Source: a virus (Duplodnaviria; Caudoviricetes). From it: 34,269 nucleotides of DNA. The position numbers and the translations under genes are program-made. Positions 7,300-16,200 of this stretch are shown one piece after another; position 1 is the first letter of the stretch; every line of letters starts with the position of its first letter. The notes beneath the pieces are model-generated. The model did not search any database. It had not been told where the DNA came from and saw only the letters and a program-made list of their open reading frames with translations. The stretch is from the IMG/VR virus record IMGVR_UViG_3300010148_000050, positions 1 through 34,269 of that record. One strand, 5' to 3'.

Positions 7300-10200
7300 T
7301 TATCCCTCATTATTACACAATAATCCTTGTAGTATTGCGTCTGCTAAATCATCTTGACTTATTGTAAGGAATTCTTGACCTGCTCCCGGTATTTTAAAAG
7401 TTACTCCATAATTAGCTAAACTAAATCCTTGAGAACTATATCTACCAGGAGGAATAGTTGAACCATCATGTAAAGCAGTAGTTACATTAGAATTACCTAA
7501 CCATGAGTAAGGATTAGGAAAATTCGTATCTGTATAAGGAGCCATACTTGCGCATGCGCTAGTCCAAGGTAAATCTATAAAGTCTGCACAACTGATATGA
7601 CCTAACTCTGAAGGATTTCCTTGTCCTACAACACCATATAAAGTTGAGCAAAACATTTGATTATTTAAACCTCCAGGCGTGCCTGACATTTTAGTAGGGA
7701 ATATAATAGCATTAAAATTACCATTTGCATAACCAGTACCTATTGGTCCATTAGCGTGTTTAATAGTCATAGAAGCTGCTCCATTCGTATCATACCCATA
7801 ATTCCAAGCCTCAGTAAATCTAGTATGATCAATACATAAAGGTGTAGTAATATAAGTATCATAAACATCTACAGCATCTCCTGTGCCATACCACGATGCA
7901 TTACCAGAACTTCCAGTAGAATTATTTAATATACCAGGACCACACTCGTTCTGCCAGGTCTGGAGAGTACTACTATTAAATTCCAAATTCTCTTGTGTAT
8001 GATACACAGGATTAGATTCATCTACAAACATAAGACAAATAGCATTAGTATCCCCACCTTCAAATGCATGATATACATCACTAAACCCTTCTTCGCCTGG
8101 TGGATCATTAAATGGATTAAGTTGTGTACCAGGTAAATTATTTACATAATTACCATTTTGATCTAAGCCATTAGAATTCATAGACTTAATAAGAAGACGT
8201 GCTGAGTCAGTTAGATCGGGAGTCTCCTCTCCTGTAGTTTTATAAACATCATTTACAGTAGAGAAAGGTATTCTTAAATTAGGATGTAAAGATGGAGAAT
8301 TACCATGTATTGGGTACATCATCCATTTTATCCATCTTTCACTACCTCCAGTAAGAAGTTGACCCATCTGATTGTCATAATTAGCTAAAACATCATTAGC
8401 TCCTGGAAAATCAATACTAAAAGTAGATGCGGTATAAACATTCTGCCACCAATAAGCACTCCTGTTACTATCCTGAGTTCCGCTAGTAGGAGTTTCATAA
8501 GCATCCCAATTTGCTGGATCAGTACTACTGTTTTTCCAATTTGTAACTGTTATTTTTCCAAACCACGAGTAACCTACAGGTAGATGATAAATATTACCAC
8601 TAAAATTAGTTATATTATTATCATCCAATATTTGTGCCATAGCAGCTTCTACTAAATTTCTAAGATCTGCACATGCTTGAAGTTTTACTTCTCCTGAGGT
8701 ACTTGGATATATAGACGTCATATCATAAAATACATATATATTTCTATTATCAAGACATGATTGTACATTGCTAGCACAACAAGCAGCATCTGGACACATT
8801 ATACATTCTGGACAATAATTCTCTGCTTCCGGATCTGTACACCCATAACAAGATGCATATTCACATAATGAGTTATCAGCAACAGTACAATCTGCACAAT
8901 AGTTACAGGCTGTTAAATCCAGACATCCAACACATGAGTCTGTAAAATCTTGACATCCACATTGTCCTGGATATATACATTCACCTGGTATATTTTCAAC
9001 TGCACTAGGATCGAAGTTACATGCATTAGGATCTGTACATGCAGATGTATAATAACAAGAACCATCATCCCATTCAGCTGCTGCATCATAATTTAATGCA
9101 TCTGGATTAGTACATCCTCCAGGAACTTCTATAGGAGGAATTATAGTTTCTACATTTGATAAATTACAATCATATTCTCGTAATGTTAATCCTTTAGGAG
9201 GAAAACAAGATCCACATAATTCTCCAGCATTTGTAAATACTTTATCTACAGTTGTCCAGTCTAAACAATTAACACAATCTTTTTCATAAGTTACTTCAAT
9301 ACCATCTGGTGGAATAACTACTCCAGGATAACTACAACATGAAGTGTCACTTCCACCTTCTACTCCACTACAATCACATGTATTGTTAGGATTATAATTT
9401 GTAGCAGTTGGATCTTGACAAGATAAAGGACATCCTTCATATATACAACAATCATTCAAAACACCTGTTTGTGATAAACATGTAACACATCCTGGACAAT
9501 AATTTAATGCGCTTGGATCAGTACAACCACCTATAGATGATCCCGCAGTACAAAATCCACAGTTAACAAATATATCTGATACTGTTACTGCTATTTCTGG
9601 ATTACATATATCTTGAGTTTCAATATTCCAACATCTAGGATTACCTTGACTGTCTGGATATTGATCTATTCTTACAACCGATCCTGAAGCAAATGCACTA
9701 TTTAAATCTGCATTTGGTAAAACATTAATTAATTGATCTCCACTACTATCACAACAAACTAATGTAAAACAATCTTGATTAGGATTTTCATATAAACAAC
9801 TATAACATCCTGGCCACGATTCTATTACAGTTAAAAGACCTGGGCCTATTAAAGGATTACAAGTTGTTTGATTACACTGTCCACAATATGCAACAGTAAA
9901 GCAATCATCATTTGTCAAACCTAATGCTAAAACATCAGCAGGTAATTGTTCAAACTTAAATACATAATCTCCTAAATCAGAAATACCTCCCCAATATTGA
10001 TCTCCAATCATCACAAAACTTATTGGATTTGTATCAGCACATTGTGTTACTGTATAACATTGTGTAACAGTTGCATTACAACATGTGTCACAATTATCTT
10101 GTATTTGTGATACAACTACTGGTACTGCAACAGTTTGATAATCTAAATAAGGATCGTATTCACAATCTACTTTATAACATCCTATATATCCTACTAATTC

Positions 10201-13200
10201 AAGTACATCTGAAATTGAAGGGTCATCATCAAGAGCTCCAGGAGTACAATGAACATTCATATTAGTAGATGTAATAATTTCACCAGGTGCTCCATTCCCA
10301 GCATTTTCTGGACACTCATCACATAAAACTAATCTCCATCTAGGATCTTGAAATTGTACATTACAAGCATCACAATCTATATAACCTGCAACAGGAGTTA
10401 TTGTAGTAAGAGATTCGCCTTCTGGTAATGTACCTGCAAGCTCCGCATACCAACAAGATAATCCAGTTCCTGGATCCCAAGTAAATGAAGTATTGTTACC
10501 TGCTTCTCCAACATACGGCCAAAATAATTCGTCATCAGAATAATAAAATTGAGATACACAAAGAGGACAATCAAAAGGTTCGCAGAAAGTATCTGGAGCA
10601 TCTCCTAATCCAAATCCATAAATCTGACAAACCATTGTTCTATCTTGAATTGCAGCTGCAGAACCACCACTCATATAACAAGCAGTTGGATCATAAGCAG
10701 TATCTTCTCCAGGAGCATAAATACTTGTAAAGCTAGTACTATCTGCAGTCGGGGCCATTATCGCATCAGGATCCCCAAAACTACCAGGGTTTGCATTACA
10801 CCCAGTATTATATATACCATTTTCAGAACATGTAAAACCTCCCTGAGCTACAAAAGAACCTGTTGTTCCAGAACCTGTTGTTCCTTGACAATTAGGTTGT
10901 AAAGCCATACTTTCATAAGCATGATGAAATCCAAATGAATGTAAGATTTCATGAATACCAACTCTTAATATTTCTATAGTACCAAATACTTGTGTATCAG
11001 TAGTCTTTCTCCAATTTTCGTTAACGTCAAATATTATATTTTGACTCCCGTTTGTTCTAAATGCTGTAGATGAATCTGTATTATATGTACCAGAAGTTCC
11101 ATCATAACCTGCAGTAACATTAAACATACTAGGTCCAGTAGCCCAAGCTAAAGCACCACTAGCCGATCCTGTATAATTACATCCGGTACATCCACTAGTT
11201 TGAAATCCTCCTGGATTACCACCATTGGTATAACACCAATCAGATCTTCTTCCCATCCATATTCTAAAATCTCCAACACCTGAAGCACCCGTTGTAGTTG
11301 TAAAACCTATTGGAGCACTTGTACTCCAATTATCTAAATCAGAAGTCGGCAAAGCCGAATCTGTACCTGTTTCTTTTCCAAGATCTGTAAATCGTAAAGT
11401 TAACTGATTAGGGTAACCATTCTGAGGACTAAAAGTACTTTCAAATAATTGTGAAACTTGAGCAAAAGCTTTACCTACTTCTGCTCTAAATTGAGCTTCT
11501 GTTATTGTATAAGTTTTATCATAGATAACACCATTACTACCATTACCTTGAGCATTATCTGTAGTAGGACCACTTTCATGTTTAGGTATAGTAAACTGAC
11601 CACTAGCAAAATCACCTGCTCCAGGTGACTCACCTATACAAGCTGAAGAATAATAACTACTAGGAGTTATACTACCTTCTCTTGGAAAACTGTAAGTCAT
11701 GTATACAGCTTGAGGTCCTGAGGCTAATTGCTGAACTGCATCCCATATATCTTGATTTAAATATTCAGTCATTCCAAATCTTTGGCTTTCTCCATCTAAT
11801 TGTATTGCTGTACCTGGCGTAAAGTCTTGACAATCATTTGCACTCGCACATCCTTCAGAGCTTTGGCCACAATTAACTATTTTAAATACATCAGGATTAT
11901 CTGGAAGATTAAAACATTCTCCAAAAAGATTTGAGGTAGCACAACTAAAATTATCATTTTGAATTGTAAGTGCAAGAGCATTATTATCATCTGAAAAACA
12001 TCTACGTTTTATAAACTGAGGAAATCCAAAATCTATTGTAGAGTCATTAGCAAGAACTTGCCTTCTAATTAAATGAGCTGCGTCTCCTGATGGTAATACA
12101 TACCCATCCATTTCAGCATCATTGATACTTGGAGTAATCAGATCACCATTTAATATATTACTAATATTAAATTTTCTTAAACATCTAGTAGAAGCAATTC
12201 TTTGTGAACTATTACCGTCTAATTGAGGATTCCACTCACTAGTATTAGCAGCTCCTTGAAAAGTAAAATCATACTCAGGAGTTAATTCTCCTATACCTAA
12301 AAATGTTTGTCTCCAATTTACTTGATTTGAAATACTACCTGAAGAATTACCTAATACAAGTCCTGCATATAAAGCTCCATCAGGACCTCTATGTAAATCT
12401 GTTACAATACTAGCTTGTAGTAGAGGTCTTATTACATTAGGTTTCTCAATGAATCCATCAGCACACCATTGTGGATTAAAATCTAAGTCACCTGGAATTT
12501 GATTTTGTAATCTTGTAGATGGATTACTTACTTTAAATAAAGTAGATCCAACCGATGGTAAATACTGATCTATGTCTTGAGTTTGTTGTCCTTCTGCTAA
12601 AGTATCTAAATTAACCCATGATAAAATAGGCTTACTTGTAGCTGGAAGTCCCATTCCTAGTGTATTAACACTAGTTTGACTTTCCCATATCCCACCATTA
12701 TTAACCCAGGTCATTCCTAGTTCTCCAAACAGATCACCCATATATTCATTACATTGATAAGCATGTGTAAAAGACATACCAGACTTATAAGTAAATAAAG
12801 CATTATCACCAAATTCAACTCCATGAGTAAATGGTAAAAAACCTTCATTCCCTTCACCTGGGGGTAAGTCTCCCCCACAAGTACTCATTCCTTCAGCAAC
12901 TATGTCTTGCCAAATAGCAACACACTCTCCAGTATTTTCATCAAAAGTATATAACTGAGTCCATCCTATTCCTAACTTATTACCTGTAATAGCTATATGA
13001 CTATTATTAGGAGAAACTTTAATACGCGCCCACTCACTTAAATTTTGTCTATCTCCATCTATTTTCCCTGGTAAATCATTTATACTACCACTCATGCTAG
13101 TAATTACAGGTTGCCCTATTCCAGTAGAATCTACTCTTCGTGCACGTATTTTACCCGGAGGTGAAGGTACCATAACAAGTCCTGTTGGAGGATCATATGG

Positions 13201-16200
13201 TATTACATCTAAAACCCAATAAAAATCTTCATCACTATCTGCTATTGCAGGTCTTGATGTTACTGTTAATCTTTCAGTCGAATACATAGTTGAACCAGGA
13301 AGATAAGGTAACTCTTGATTATAAGAAATTATTTCTCCTAATCCATCTGCTGTATCCATATTTATAACAGCATATTGAGGACGAAGATTTCCTGGTCTTT
13401 GATATATTAAATAATATTGTTTATATGTTGTACTACCTGGAAATCTATCACTATCAGGTTTTGGAACCGTTATACATTGTTGGGAAGCGTATTGCAAATT
13501 CCCACCAGGAGAAACACCTCCATTTAATAATTGACTTCCACCACTAGTACTACCCGTCATTGTTAGATGACTAGAATTGTATACAAATCTACCATCCGAA
13601 TAAAACATTATAGCACCTCTAGTATACTCTTTACCTCCTATAGTAACAGGTTCATGAGCACTATGTACTGTACTTCCAAATTTAGTAAAGAAATTATTAT
13701 CATTTAAATTTGCATCTATTGTACCCATATTAGTAGGCGATATAGCTGTACTTGGAGTGGCTATACCCATACTATTTTGCCATGTTAAAAGACTACTCTT
13801 TCCCCAAAGCCAATTAGCCCCATGAATATAATCTGCTGTGACACATCTTTTCCAGCAACCTGTTATAAGATCTGTTTCAACAAAATTAAATGCTCTATTA
13901 GCATCATCATCAACAGAACTAAATGTACTATTAAATACTGAAACTGGTTGATCAGCAAAACAACTTAACATCATAGTAGAGTTAGTAGAAGTTACAGTCT
14001 GGCAATTTGCTACATAAAAAGGATCACAAGACAAACACTTATCAGCATCACTACTAGTTCCATCAATTTGTACTTGTGATAGTTGGTTAGTTGCTATTGG
14101 GAAAGGTGACATTTCTATTTTAAAACACTGTGCTTCAAGTAGATTTCCATTAGGATCTGTAAGGTTTCCCCAAAAAACTAAATCTCCTGATAGAAGAGCA
14201 GCAAGCAGATTACTATCTGTAGTATAATATTCTTGTATACCAAAATCTTGACCTGGATTTAAATCACTACAACACCCATTTATTTTAACAAATGCTGGAG
14301 CAACTGCTTCATTATTTTGTGCATTACAAGTTATACAATCTGGTGCAGATAAAACTAATTGAGCTGTAGGTCTTAATGTTGGGGTAGGTCCATAAATAGT
14401 AGAATCTATTTCCCAACAATGTCCATTCTCTCCTTTACCAAGATCTTGAATTTTAACTGCTCCTGTTCCTATATGTCCATGTAGTGTTGTACTACTTGCA
14501 TAGTCAACATACCTTACAATATTCTGAGCTTTACATTGTTTTAATTTTAAATAAAAATTACATGTATTGCAAGACTTTTTAGTAGTCTTGATTGTCTGCG
14601 CTGATGCAGATACTAAATCAACTGCATTTCCTAGATCGTCTACACTACGACAAAATAGTTCTCCTTCTAATTGAACTGTCTTACCTCTCTTAACTTTAAT
14701 ATTTTTAGTTAAAGCTTCTGTAGTATATTTAGGATCTGATGTAGGATCACCACATTTTAATAATCTATAACACTTAGTTTGTACTCCTGTACAACTAACA
14801 CAATCAGTATATTGTGAGGTAACATTTACATCTACACCAGAACATGTAATTGAATTATCATATGTATATACTGTATAACATTTACCTGGACTATCTGTTA
14901 CAATCACTTGTCCTAAATAAGCAGACACATCTGTTCTTGTAATTGTACTAGCACCTGTAGCACAATCTACTAATTCATAGCAGCAATTTTTACTTGTTGT
15001 AGAAGCAAAGCATGTAGAACAACTTGAATAGTTTACTAATTTAAAAGCACCTGAATCCCAGTATAGACATGGGTTATTATAACCTAATCCACTAGGAGGG
15101 AATCTAAATTTTGTATCACCATCTGATTTTATAACAGGTAATGTAGAAATTAAAGCACCTGTATCTTTAACTATTTTGTAAAGAGTGGAAGCAAAATTAT
15201 TAGAATCCCAAACAAGTACAAAGCAAGAATCTTTAACAATCTCTATAGCTTTAACAGTCTGATTTGCATTCAAAGATAATGTAGATGTTAAATCAGCAAT
15301 AACTGTATGAGTTAAAGTAGAAGGATCTAATTTAAATAAATCATTATATACAGGTGTGGCTGTAGGTGAACTATCACCTATACAATAATATTCACCTGTA
15401 ATTTTATCTACTGCAAGATCTCCTGTTAATTGAACAGTAGTATTTGTTAAAGTATTTATAGTAGTTAATACTCCTTTTTTATTAATAGAATTTCTAGATA
15501 CTTGAGTTACACCACTAACAACACCTCCTGTAATAAGCTCATCTGAATAATTAAAACTAACAGTAGTAGATTGAGGTACAGTAATAGTTGTAGAACTTCC
15601 ACCAGGTACAACACCATTCGCGGGTATTGTGTAATACAAAGAAGATCCTCTAGGTATAAATCCTACACCATGTTTATTAAAAGCTATATCAGTACCACCT
15701 ATAATAGGTTGAGTATCTAATATTCCAGTAGTTAAGTCTACTTTATAACCATTAGAATCCCCTATTATATATAATGAATCATCAGAAGACTGTACTTCTA
15801 CACATCTATTTAACTGATCATTGTTTTGAGCATTATCTGTTATTTCATAATAACTACCTACTTTACATGTTGAATCATCACTAGTTCCAACTATTTCTCT
15901 TGTAAAACCTAATCCTTTATAACCTGAATCACAACAACTTACTAATAATTTACAATAATGATCTGATTCAATTTCAGAACATGACCCACAATCAGGTGAA
16001 ACAGATAGTATATCACCTACTGTAGCAGAACCAGATACTGCAAACCAAACAGTAAAACAACCCGCATAGTTAGCAACTGTAACAACATCACCCTCATGAG
16101 GACTTAATAATGCATTATTTGTATCAATATATGCTACGTTAACTATACCAGCACCTTGCGCAGTATAGTTCCAAGTACCTGTACTTGAGTTAATTGTAAT

